From Candidatus Norongarragalinales archaeon (GTDB taxonomy: Archaea; Micrarchaeota; Micrarchaeia; Norongarragalinales; DASYRB01), in the NCBI GenBank assembly GCA_036004805.1, contig DASYRB010000014.1, positions 21,330 through 85,329 on the forward strand: a DNA stretch of 64,000 nucleotides, written 5' to 3'. The position numbers and the translations under genes were made by a program. Within the stretch, counting starts at the first letter, position 1. Every line of letters begins with the position of its first letter. The notes under the pieces are model-generated. The model did no database searches and had not been told where the DNA came from. It saw only the letters and a list, made by a program, of their open reading frames with translations. This document shows positions 17,010-25,217 of the stretch, piece after piece.

Positions 17010-19271
17010 ATGAAGATAGTCGCAGTCCTCGCTTTACTGCTCGTGATAACCGGCAGCGCTAGTGCCGCGTGCCAATTCCTACAACTCGCCACTATCTCTA
17101 GCGAAACCGTACAGCAAGGCGGCATCGCCGACTTCCCCATTTCCATTACTAACACCGGACCCAACGACCAGTTGGTGTACGTTCACGCGACGTGCCCGCA
17201 AAGCGCGTCTTGCAGCTTCTCGCCAACGCCGCCGCAGTTCACTATGGTGCCCTCGCAAAACAGGGTCGTTCACTTCTACGTAGCCACGCCCGCAAACATG
17301 CCGGTCGGTTCTTACGACGTACCTATCCAAGTGACCGGCGGAAACACGGGCGCCTCGTGCTCGACTGACGCTACAGTTCAACTCGTCGTCGAACCCTCCA
17401 ACGCGACCACGATAACGACTCCTGATTATTCCGCGAGCGTCGCGCCTTCCACTTCGCAAATCGCAAGGCCGGGCGAAAAAGTCAGCTGGACAATTACTAT
17501 CACTAACAACCTTGACGAACGCTTGATCGCGAACATCGGCGCAGAAGGCAACCCGTTCTCTCAAACCACGCAATACAGCGCCGTGCAAATATCGCTGGAA
17601 GCGAGACAAACGCGCGCAATCACCGTAACCACCACGATTCCGCCAGCAACGCCAGGCGGAAGTTATGACTGGAGCTTCGTCACGAAAGGTGCAGGACCGT
17701 CCGGCGTCGTCAGCATCGGCGTACTACCCGCACGCGTATTCGTATTCGCCCCTACAGTCAACCTTGATGTGCAGCAAGAACCACTCACATGCACACCCGC
17801 GTACTTGGAACAGAACACGCCCGTCAATCTCAAGATCAAGAACAACGGCGAAAGCACAGGACCATTCAGACTATCCATAATGGGAGACGCGACCGCGCAA
17901 AACAGCGTGACTCTCTCAAGAACTCTGCTCGAAATAAACGCGGGCGAGACGCAAGACCTGACGATAAACATCAACCCCAAGCTCGGCACGCCACTCGACA
18001 CTTTCTACTACCGACTCGTCGCGAAACAACAAGACTTCGTCGTGCTCGACCGCAGTTACTGCTTCAGCGTCGCTGGCAGCGCCGACCTTTCCATCGACAA
18101 GCCCAGCGTAATCGTCGTAAAACGCGGACAGACGACCAGCGCAACCTTTACGCTGAAAAACACTGGAACGCTTTCTGAAAACTACGTGCTAGAAACCATG
18201 CCGGTCAATGGCTTCGCGATACTCGTCGACCCCGCCACTTTCACGCTCTCACCGAGACAAACCATCCAAACCACGCTCACTCTTTCCACCAGTTTGCAAA
18301 CGCCGCTCGGATACACCGCCATTCCAATCACGATAAGGCCGGCGAACAGCGCCGCGCAAGTAGTGCAGTTCAACGTCAGCGTCGTGAGCAGCAACAAGAG
18401 CTCCGAGAGCTTCCTGCACGTCTCCAGCCCTTCACCAATCGTCTCCGTAATCGGTGAAGAGAACGTCTACAACATCAGGATCAGCAACACGAAAACCACG
18501 CAACTCGACGCCGTCGAACTAAGCGTCAGGGGCGTGCCTCGCGCGTGGTGGAGCGTTTCTCCAGCGCAAGACATTCCCGCAGGCAGCACGCGCGAATACA
18601 AACTACGATTCCACGTCACGTCGCCACAATTCAGAGAATACCCACTCGCCATCGCCGGCGTTTCGGGACTAGAGAGCGTGGAAGAACCCGTGCTCTTGAA
18701 ACTCGAAGACCCCATACACGAGTTGAGCTTTGATTATTCAACAACGCCTTCACGCAGCGAGCTCGTCGTGCGCATCACTGTAAAGAACGATGGCAACGCG
18801 CGAATCACCAACATCGAACCCGCACTCCTCGCGAGCGATCCGAACTCTTTCGTCGCGTTCTCGACGCCATCATCACTCAACCTCGGACCCGGAGAAACGG
18901 GAACCATGGATGTGCGCATACAACCCGCGCGACAACAAACCAGCAGCCAACAAGCCATACTCGCGATGCAGGCCGACCAGACCGGCAAGAACCGCACGCT
19001 CGCCATTCCAGCGCTCTACTCGCCCGAATACGTAGAACCAACGCAACCGCCATGGGGCGCTATCGGACTCTTGCTCTTCCTGATAATCGTCGGTATCGTC
19101 GTCTATGTAAAGCGTGAAGAGATACAGCAACGCTTCTTTACGCCGAAAGAAGAGGTCAAGACGCGCAAGCTCACCGCACAAGAGCTCGAAAGAATCACGC
19201 CCGCAGCACCACTCCACCCGCCTAAAGCAAAGGCGAAAGCGAAGAGAGCGAAGAAGAAAGGCAAGAAATAA
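17010..19271 (+). CDS. Cell-surface protein with repeated CARDB/NEW3-like beta-sandwich domains; S-layer or envelope candidate
   Basis: Signal peptide, then six or more repeats of the ...F.I.I.N.G...-type pattern (for example ISITNTGPNDQ, ITITNNLDE, KIKNNGESTG, TLKNTGTLSE, RISNTKTTQ, TVKNDGNARI). It ends with a C-terminal TM (GAIGLLLFLIIVGIVVYV) and a Lys-rich tail. Confidence 0.7.
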   Translation: MKIVAVLALLLVITGSASAACQFLQLATISSETVQQGGIADFPISITNTGPNDQLVYVHATCPQSASCSFSPTPPQFTMVPSQNRVVHFYVATPANMPVGSYDVPIQVTGGNTGASCSTDATVQLVVEPSNATTITTPDYSASVAPSTSQIARPGEKVSWTITITNNLDERLIANIGAEGNPFSQTTQYSAVQISLEARQTRAITVTTTIPPATPGGSYDWSFVTKGAGPSGVVSIGVLPARVFVFAPTVNLDVQQEPLTCTPAYLEQNTPVNLKIKNNGESTGPFRLSIMGDATAQNSVTLSRTLLEINAGETQDLTININPKLGTPLDTFYYRLVAKQQDFVVLDRSYCFSVAGSADLSIDKPSVIVVKRGQTTSATFTLKNTGTLSENYVLETMPVNGFAILVDPATFTLSPRQTIQTTLTLSTSLQTPLGYTAIPITIRPANSAAQVVQFNVSVVSSNKSSESFLHVSSPSPIVSVIGEENVYNIRISNTKTTQLDAVELSVRGVPRAWWSVSPAQDIPAGSTREYKLRFHVTSPQFREYPLAIAGVSGLESVEEPVLLKLEDPIHELSFDYSTTPSRSELVVRITVKNDGNARITNIEPALLASDPNSFVAFSTPSSLNLGPGETGTMDVRIQPARQQTSSQQAILAMQADQTGKNRTLAIPALYSPEYVEPTQPPWGAIGLLLFLIIVGIVVYVKREEIQQRFFTPKEEVKTRKLTAQELERITPAAPLHPPKAKAKAKRAKKKGKK

Positions 19272-19298
19272 AACCCCTCACGCGCGCGTTCTAGTTTT

Positions 19299-20087
19299 GT
19301 GAAGCACGTTTTCGCCGTTTTCCCCAAGCAACAGCGCAAGATCCCTTCAACGCTAGCGAAACGCATGAACGATTACATACCGCCGCACTCGGAAACGGAA
19401 CTATCACGCGGCAGAAAGATCCACGAATGGCTGCAAAAAACGCTCGTTCGTGCAACGGCAGGCACGAGCAAGCACATGGGCGCGCCGCCAGGATACGTGC
19501 ACATCAGTGAAGGATCTCCCGGCTGGGCGCGCCTGCCAGAAACTCAAGGCTGGCACAATTTCCGATTCGCGCTGCCGTTCTATCCCGAGCCCTATTTTTT
19601 CGCGCACGCAACGATGAAGCCCGACTTGGCGTTCGCAAACGTGAGCGAGAACAGAGAGAAAAAAGCACTGATCGTGATGGAGCTGCAGAACAACATCAAC
19701 CCGATGCGCCACATTCACCGCGAAAGCTGGATGAAGTGGTGGAGAGCGCGCTACAAAGGATGGCACGCGGCACTGCTTCTTACAGCTGCCAGGTACGCGC
19801 AAGAACACGGTCTGGACTTGTACGTAACGATGCCGCAACACCACAAAGCTACTTGGGGCGGCGTTGCTCAAGGCACGGCGGACAACATTTACGGACGCAC
19901 ACCAAAAAACGTCGCGAAAGGACTCGGCACGAGAATCGAGAAAGTGAACGCGGTTGAAGAACTCGGCATCAAGCTCGTCACTGGTCCGTATAAGGGATTG
20001 GAAAGAGCGACGCGCACGGGCAGAATACTCGCCGGAACCGGCTTGCGCCACCCTTACGTGTGGAAAATAAACCTGCCAAAAACTTGA
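19299..20087 (+). CDS. Hypothetical protein; alternative start at ATG 19365
   Basis: 262-aa ORF with a GTG start in the track. It is Trp/His-rich and I recognise no family. Confidence 0.5.
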   Translation: MKHVFAVFPKQQRKIPSTLAKRMNDYIPPHSETELSRGRKIHEWLQKTLVRATAGTSKHMGAPPGYVHISEGSPGWARLPETQGWHNFRFALPFYPEPYFFAHATMKPDLAFANVSENREKKALIVMELQNNINPMRHIHRESWMKWWRARYKGWHAALLLTAARYAQEHGLDLYVTMPQHHKATWGGVAQGTADNIYGRTPKNVAKGLGTRIEKVNAVEELGIKLVTGPYKGLERATRTGRILAGTGLRHPYVWKINLPKT

Positions 20088-20090
20088 AAG

Positions 20091-20162
20091 TGGACTCGGC
20101 GGGATTTGAACCCGCGGCCTCGCCCTTGCGAAGGGCGCGATCTACCACTGATCTACGAGCCC
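20091..20162 (-). tRNA. tRNA-Ala (anticodon CGC)
   Basis: The reverse complement folds as GGGCTCG..CGAGTCC-A with the G3:U70 alanine identity pair, anticodon stem CGCCC/GGGCG with loop TTCGCAA, and T-arm CGGGTTCAAATCCCG. No CCA is encoded. Confidence 0.95.
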
Positions 20163-20229
20163 GCACACTAAGCTTTGTTGTTTGTGCAGAGAAAATTGTG
20201 GTTTTGGGAATTAATTAAGAGCTAGTTTT

Positions 20230-20907
20230 TCACACTTGAATTCGTTCGAACTCGTTCAATTCTTCCTGCGAAATGGCTGCGCCCGCGTCCCTCAAGGCGC
20301 GCAGCGCGCCGTGGAACGCGTGTTCTTTCACAGGTCCATAAGCGTCGAAAAACCCGCGCTTCGCCGCTGCGGCAAGCACTTCCGTCGAGCGAATCACGTA
20401 CGTATCGCCAACGAGTTTTTGCAAGTCATTCACCGCGTTCTGATCGATCGTCACGCGTCCAGCATATTCTTGAGACATTCTTTCTTCGAGACGCGTCGGG
20501 TTTTCCAGAATCAAGCGCGCGGTTTTTTCATCAATCACGAGCGCGCTGGGCGTACCAATTTCTGGAAGCAAAGCAAGGCATTCTGCCTCACCACGCTGTA
20601 GAATAGCGACGGCTTTTCCGCGCACGAGAAATATTCGGTTGGCGAGCTCCAACACTCTCTGCGTGTTGCGCTGCAAAGAGCCCGAAGCGCCAAGTTGCAG
20701 CACTCCATCATCCACGAGTTTCTGTATTTTCGCGGCGCTGTACTCGAACTTTTTCACGCGCAACGGATTCGTCACCGTTTCATCGTAAACCGTCGGCGGA
20801 ATCACGAATTTCGCGCCCGTGCGCTGCCTCAAGAAATTCAACGCTTCGGCGTTGCACACGTTAACGAGAGAAATGATCGATGAAGAATCGATTATGAAGA
20901 AGGTCAT
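20230..20907 (-). CDS. PIN-like nuclease-domain protein (COG2405/DUF3368-like)
   Basis: The N-terminus FFIIDSSSIISL carries the PIN acidic residue. The mid-region GEAECLALLPEIGTPSALVIDEKTARLI matches the DUF3368-type PIN pattern from memory. Confidence 0.6.
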   Translation of the reverse strand: MTFFIIDSSSIISLVNVCNAEALNFLRQRTGAKFVIPPTVYDETVTNPLRVKKFEYSAAKIQKLVDDGVLQLGASGSLQRNTQRVLELANRIFLVRGKAVAILQRGEAECLALLPEIGTPSALVIDEKTARLILENPTRLEERMSQEYAGRVTIDQNAVNDLQKLVGDTYVIRSTEVLAAAAKRGFFDAYGPVKEHAFHGALRALRDAGAAISQEELNEFERIQV

Positions 20908-21458
20908 TCGAACAATTCCTCCGTGATTTGCAAACGACGCGCGAGCGGAATGGTTTGGTATTTCTCGTGAAGCGTCGTCGCGCCAATGTACTCGCTCAAG
21001 TCGCGCTTGTCCACGCCCGCGAGCTGCACAGCCGTTCCGAGAGAGGCGCCGTGTGCATACATGTCCGCGCCGGTCTTGATGCGCGCTTTTTCCGCATAGC
21101 TCCTCACGAACCGCCCGAGGGCGGTGCTCACGTCGTCGATGTCGCGCGCTGCCTGGCTCATTGTTTTCTGGAACGCTTGAACATCATTCCGTTCGAGAGC
21201 ATTGGAAGCGTTGGTGAGGTGTTGTGAAATTTTGGTTTTGTACATCGGCCATTCCGCAGCGCTCGCGATGTAAGGCTTCTCGAGAAATTTCGCGACACTG
21301 TGCGCAACGATCGCAATAGGCATCAAGGAAGAGTCATTTCGCAATAACACTAGTTCTGCGGTCTCGCTCGCGAGCGCTTTCAACGCGACACGATCATCGT
21401 CCTGAACGGCGCTGCGTATCTTCGCTATGAGGTCTGCTAATTCCTGGTCGTTCGGCAT
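20904..21458 (-). CDS. Hypothetical helical protein translationally coupled to the PIN gene
   Basis: 184 aa, with a 4-nt ATGA-type overlap with the downstream PIN ORF. The C-terminal AVQLAGVDKRDLSEYI looks like a helix-turn-helix, as in UPF0175 antitoxins. Confidence 0.55.
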   Translation of the reverse strand: MPNDQELADLIAKIRSAVQDDDRVALKALASETAELVLLRNDSSLMPIAIVAHSVAKFLEKPYIASAAEWPMYKTKISQHLTNASNALERNDVQAFQKTMSQAARDIDDVSTALGRFVRSYAEKARIKTGADMYAHGASLGTAVQLAGVDKRDLSEYIGATTLHEKYQTIPLARRLQITEELFE

Positions 21459-21488
21459 TGCGGAACGCTTAACGCGCGCGGAGCTTTT

Positions 21489-21746
21489 TTAGACGAGCTG
21501 TTCGCCGGTTTCCTTGTTGAACACGTGAATAATGTTCACCGGACAAGAGTTAGCACTGGTCTCCATCAAGAGCAGTTGTTTTTCGTCGATCTCGAGCTCG
21601 AAAACGCCTGGCGACGTTTCATTGCCATTCACGAGATCGGCTTTGTTGTCTGTAGTGTTTTCTTTCCAAAAGAAAGGCGACACGTTCGTGCACGCAAAGG
21701 CGCCGATGCACTTGTCACGCTCGTAAACCACGCGATATTTGGTCAT
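21489..21746 (-). CDS. Small ferredoxin-like single-cluster protein
   Basis: The start is set at MTKYRVVYERDKCIGAFAC. The Cys pattern CIGAFAC...SCP resembles mono-cluster Fe-S ferredoxin domains. Confidence 0.5.
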   Translation of the reverse strand: MTKYRVVYERDKCIGAFACTNVSPFFWKENTTDNKADLVNGNETSPGVFELEIDEKQLLLMETSANSCPVNIIHVFNKETGEQLV

Positions 21747-21786
21747 TGAATGAAAGCAAACTTCCACAAAAAGTATTTATATACAA

Positions 21787-21809
21787 GTGTCATGACATTG
21801 TCACGACAC
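21787..21809. promoter_or_regulatory. Imperfect palindrome in a divergent promoter region (candidate operator)
   Basis: The sequence gtgtcatgacattgtcacgacac contains the perfect inverted repeat TGACA-T-TGTCA. It lies between the ferredoxin-like gene (-) and the wHTH gene (+), next to the A/T box gtatttatatac. Confidence 0.3.
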
Positions 21810-21885
21810 AAGCATGTTGTTGTCAAGTGCCTTCGCGGTGCTTGGCGAATAGGCAGTAGCGGTGTCGGGATATTAAGGTTTTCAT

Positions 21886-22317
21886 ATGGCTGAAGCGCGC
21901 GACGAGTCAAGAGAGTTCGAAGAGCTCTCGCAAGAGTTTCGTAAGTTTCAGCAGGAAATGAAGGACCCGCTCGTCGTGGGCGCGTTGTTGTCGCGCTTGC
22001 ATGAGGAGCGCAGGAACACGAACATCATATTGAAACAGATCCTTGGAAAGCTCGATGCGTTCGAGTCAAGGATTCGCGCGTTCGAGAATTCGAAAACCTC
22101 GTCGCACGTAATCGCCCCGATCCTCTCGGAAGTCGACGAGGACATCGTAGATTTCGTGAAGAGTCGGAAGCGCGTCGTCGCTGAAGACGTGGCGACGCAC
22201 TTCAAGTATCGGGGCACGAATGGCGCTTCCGCGCGCCTCAACCGCCTAGTGGCGTTGGGGTTGCTCGAGAAAGCGCAAGCAGGTAGGAAAATGGTTTTCC
22301 TGCCGAAGTCACGCTGA
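21886..22317 (+). CDS. Winged-helix (MarR/TrmB-like) putative regulator with an N-terminal coiled coil
   Basis: 143 aa. The C-terminal part IVDFVKSRKRVVAEDVATHFKYRGTNGASARLNRLVALGLLEK has the shape of a wHTH. Confidence 0.55.
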   Translation: MAEARDESREFEELSQEFRKFQQEMKDPLVVGALLSRLHEERRNTNIILKQILGKLDAFESRIRAFENSKTSSHVIAPILSEVDEDIVDFVKSRKRVVAEDVATHFKYRGTNGASARLNRLVALGLLEKAQAGRKMVFLPKSR

Positions 22318-22581
22318 CCTGCCTCGAATGGCGGTTTTCCTCCTCCGAATCATTTCTTTTTGATTTGTGAGGAAACTGTCCACTTTCTTTGCGGCAGTTC
22401 ATCCCACCTACACAGACTCTGGGGGAGCGCGGACGACCCACCAAACCGCCTCCCCAACCTTTCACCCGCACAGCCCACGGCCGAGGCAATCAGAGCAGCG
22501 GCTAATAGTTTCTGAAATTTTGTGCCAGCGTTTCGGGACGTTCGGAAAAAAAGAGTTTTTTGGAAGTTAGTGCGGAAGAGT

Positions 22582-23682
22582 TTAGAGGAATTCGATGTCT
22601 TCGATTCCGCCTGCGTTCTTCGTGCCGCCGCGTGATGATCTCGAGCCAACTCCTGTTTGTTCTCTTCCACCGAGCATGTATGGACTCTTGATTCCCGTGA
22701 AGATGGCTATGGCTTCGACTTTGCCTTCCATTCCCGGATCGACACGCGCGCCCCAGATGACTGTGGCTTGCGGGTCGACTTTGTCCGTGAGCGCTTCTCC
22801 GATCTGGTTCGTCTCTCCCAGCGTAAGGTCGCTGCCGCCAGTAATGTGCAACAACACTCCCGTCGCGCCGGTGTAGTCGACGTCGAGCAAGCTGTTGTTC
22901 AAAGTGTTCGCGACGACTTGTTTCGCGCGGTCGGTGCCTTTCGACTCTCCCACCGCAATCATCGATACGCCACCATTGCTCATGACTGCCCTGACGTCTG
23001 CGAAGTCTAGGTTGATGAGTGAGGGTTGCGTGATGGTTTCCGTGATTCCTCTTACGGCGCGGGCGATGATTTCGTCAGCGACGGCGAAGGCTTGGTCGAT
23101 TGGTAAGTTGGGGACGATTTGTACGAGGCGGTTGTTGTCGATCACGATTATCGTGTCCACAACATTCTTGAGTGCCTCGAGTCCAGCGTCCGCCTTTTCC
23201 AGTCTCGCGCGTTCGAGAGCGAATGGATAGGTGACGATGGCGATCACGATCGCTCCTTGCTTTTTCGCGATGTCAGCAATGATTGGCGCGCTTCCCGTTC
23301 CCGTTCCACCACCCATTCCGGCGGTGAGGAAGACGAGGTCTGCGTTCGCTAATGTTTTTTCGAGAGCGTCTCTTGAAACGTCAGCGGCTTTCGCAGCGAC
23401 TTCCGGATATCCTCCGGCGCCCATTCCGCGAGTCACGCTCGCTCCGATGAGTAGTTTTTTGACGCTTTCGGAAATGGTTGTTAGGTGTAGTCTGTCGGTG
23501 TTAATGGCTACGAGTTCTGCGCCTTTGATTCCTGCTCGCGCTAGTCTGTTGACCGAGTTGCATCCTCCGCCTCCTGAGCCGACGACCATTATTTTGGGCG
23601 TGGCGAAGTCCATTTTTGACTGGTTGCTGGCGGGGGTTGTTCCGTGTTTGCTTCTCAGCGCGTCTCCTACGATGCTCTCCAC
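22582..23682 (-). CDS. ftsZ: Cell division GTPase FtsZ
   Basis: 366 aa with the tubulin signature GMGGGTGTGSAPIIA, the N-terminal VVGSGGGGCNSVNR, and the NTD and T7-loop contexts. Confidence 0.95.
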   Translation of the reverse strand: MESIVGDALRSKHGTTPASNQSKMDFATPKIMVVGSGGGGCNSVNRLARAGIKGAELVAINTDRLHLTTISESVKKLLIGASVTRGMGAGGYPEVAAKAADVSRDALEKTLANADLVFLTAGMGGGTGTGSAPIIADIAKKQGAIVIAIVTYPFALERARLEKADAGLEALKNVVDTIIVIDNNRLVQIVPNLPIDQAFAVADEIIARAVRGITETITQPSLINLDFADVRAVMSNGGVSMIAVGESKGTDRAKQVVANTLNNSLLDVDYTGATGVLLHITGGSDLTLGETNQIGEALTDKVDPQATVIWGARVDPGMEGKVEAIAIFTGIKSPYMLGGREQTGVGSRSSRGGTKNAGGIEDIEFL

Positions 23683-23751
23683 AAAAAATCACCTAAAGTT
23701 TAGTTTTGAAAGATATTCGAGTGAAAATCTCGAGTAGTAAGCCCTCGGCCT

Positions 23752-23761
23752 CATATAAAAA
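23752..23761 (+). promoter_or_regulatory. TATA box for the SRP RNA
   Basis: The sequence catataaaaa lies about 25-34 nt upstream of the proposed RNA 5' end. Confidence 0.45.
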
Positions 23762-23785
23762 CGTTCTCGCGCACTATTTCTATCA

Positions 23786-24056
23786 GCAGGGGACAGCTGG
23801 GGGGTTAAGGCTCCCTCGTTAACGCCAATGTCTTTGAGGCGGGCCATGTTGCGCAGGAGGATCCTCGCGATCGCCAATAGTCTGGTGACGCGCCGTCGAT
23901 CCTTTGCCTTGCGTTAGGACCCGTTCTGCGAACCGAGCCAGACCGGAAGGAGCAACTCTAAGCGGTTCGAGCCCTGCTCGCAAGAACACAGAGGGGAGGC
24001 GTTCAACAGGAAGCTCTTGACGAACGCGGCTTTCGAACGCGCAACGCCCCTGCCAC
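23786..24056 (+). ncRNA. Signal recognition particle RNA (archaeal 7S/SRP RNA)
   Basis: The helix-8 apex motif CCAGACC-GGAA-GGAGCAAC is closed by a perfect CGAACCG/CGGTTCG stem. The 5' GCAGGGG pairs with the 3' CCCCTGC, which corresponds to the terminal helix of archaeal SRP RNAs. GTTGCGC/GCGCAAC pair as helix 5. A TATA box lies upstream and a T6 run immediately downstream. The ends are accurate to about +/-5 nt. Confidence 0.7.
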
Positions 24057-24062
24057 TTTTTT
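24057..24062 (+). terminator. Oligo-T termination signal after the SRP RNA
   Basis: The sequence tttttt directly follows the 3' terminal helix. Confidence 0.4.
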
Positions 24063-24107
24063 GCCGCATTTAAAAGACACCTCCACCACGAACTCATTCC
24101 GAAAAAA

Positions 24108-24431
24108 ATGGAAAACTGTGTCTTCTGCAAACTCGCCCTCGACAAAAACAAACACATAGCGAGCAACGCCCACGCTTTTGCCGTGTACGACATCGCGCCA
24201 CAAAGCAAAGGACACGCACTCGTCATCACAAATCGTCACGCGACCAATTATTTCGAGCTGAACAACGAGGAAGTCGACGCCGTACACGCGTTGCTAAAGC
24301 AAGTTCGCGAAAAATTGAAAAAGGAATTCAGCCCCGCAGGATTCGTCGTGCGCTCGAATGATGGCAAGGCCGCGGGACAGATCGTGTTCCACGCGCACGT
24401 ACACCTCATCCCCGCCTATGAAAGCAAGTGA
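24108..24431 (+). CDS. HIT-family nucleotide hydrolase/transferase
   Basis: 107 aa with the histidine-triad motif HAHVHLIP and an N-terminal CVFC motif. Confidence 0.85.
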   Translation: MENCVFCKLALDKNKHIASNAHAFAVYDIAPQSKGHALVITNRHATNYFELNNEEVDAVHALLKQVREKLKKEFSPAGFVVRSNDGKAAGQIVFHAHVHLIPAYESK

Positions 24432-24440
24432 AAAAATAAA

Positions 24441-25217
24441 ATGTTAAAACTTTTACTGATAGCCGCGATCGTCATTGCCGCGTTAATGATGGGCTTCGGC
24501 AGCTCTTTCGACATTCCCGGACTCAAGAGCGTCGAACAAAAAATCAACACGTCCTCCAACTCTTCACACGCGGTCATTAGTGCGATTCAAGAGGCGCTCA
24601 ATCCGCCGACGCGCATCGAGCTGAAACTGCCCGCGGTCGACAAGCACGAAAACGGATTATTGATCAACCTCATCGTGGAACGCAGCCCGGGAGACGGCGG
24701 CGTGTTTTTCCGCATCGATGATGACAATCCTCTCGTGAATCCTGAAACGCAAGTCTCGCTGAAAATGGCGGTCGCGGTAGCGCGCGCCTACTCGAACGTG
24801 CAGTACGAAAAAAGCAATCTCTACTACAGCTTCATCGCGCCCTCAACCATCGTAGGCGGGCAGAGCGCCGGCGCGGCCACATCAATCGCTACACTCGCGC
24901 TTCTTCGCGGAGAACGTCTCAAGAACAACACGCTCATCACCGGCACCGTTGAACCTGACGGCAGCATCGGACCCGTCGGCGGAGTGCTGGGCAAGGCCAT
25001 GGCTGCAAGGAACGCTGGTTATGGAGTGCTGCTCGTTCCTAAAGGAGAGAGCGTTGTGGCGTTGAATCGTGAGAAGTGCGAAAAAGTAGAGCAACCGGGC
25101 GGCTATGTGCAGAGCTGCAAGGTTTACTTGGTTAACGTGAGCGTCGCTGAAGCGTCGGGCTTGAACGTCACGGAAGTCTTTAATGTGTCTCAGGCTTACG
25201 CACTGATGAAAGCATGA
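24441..25217 (+). CDS. Signal-anchored Lon-type (S16) protease-domain protein
   Basis: N-terminal TM (LLLIAAIVIAALMMGF). The Lon_C-like core is GGQSAGAATSIATLALL...ITGTVEPDGSIGPVGGVLGKAMAARNAG. There is no ATPase domain. Confidence 0.7.
   Translation: MLKLLLIAAIVIAALMMGFGSSFDIPGLKSVEQKINTSSNSSHAVISAIQEALNPPTRIELKLPAVDKHENGLLINLIVERSPGDGGVFFRIDDDNPLVNPETQVSLKMAVAVARAYSNVQYEKSNLYYSFIAPSTIVGGQSAGAATSIATLALLRGERLKNNTLITGTVEPDGSIGPVGGVLGKAMAARNAGYGVLLVPKGESVVALNREKCEKVEQPGGYVQSCKVYLVNVSVAEASGLNVTEVFNVSQAYALMKA

Noticed and set aside
19404-20051. A 215-aa antisense ORF inside the 19299-20087 gene
   Set aside because: It is an Arg/Ser/Ala-rich shadow frame. The sense ORF is longer and fits the co-directional gene layout, although neither has a family assignment, so this choice is less certain than the others.
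23689-24287. Track ORFs 23689-23877(-), 23819-24229(-) and 24003-24287(-)
   Set aside because: They overlap the SRP RNA and the HIT gene, and they have no protein-like features.
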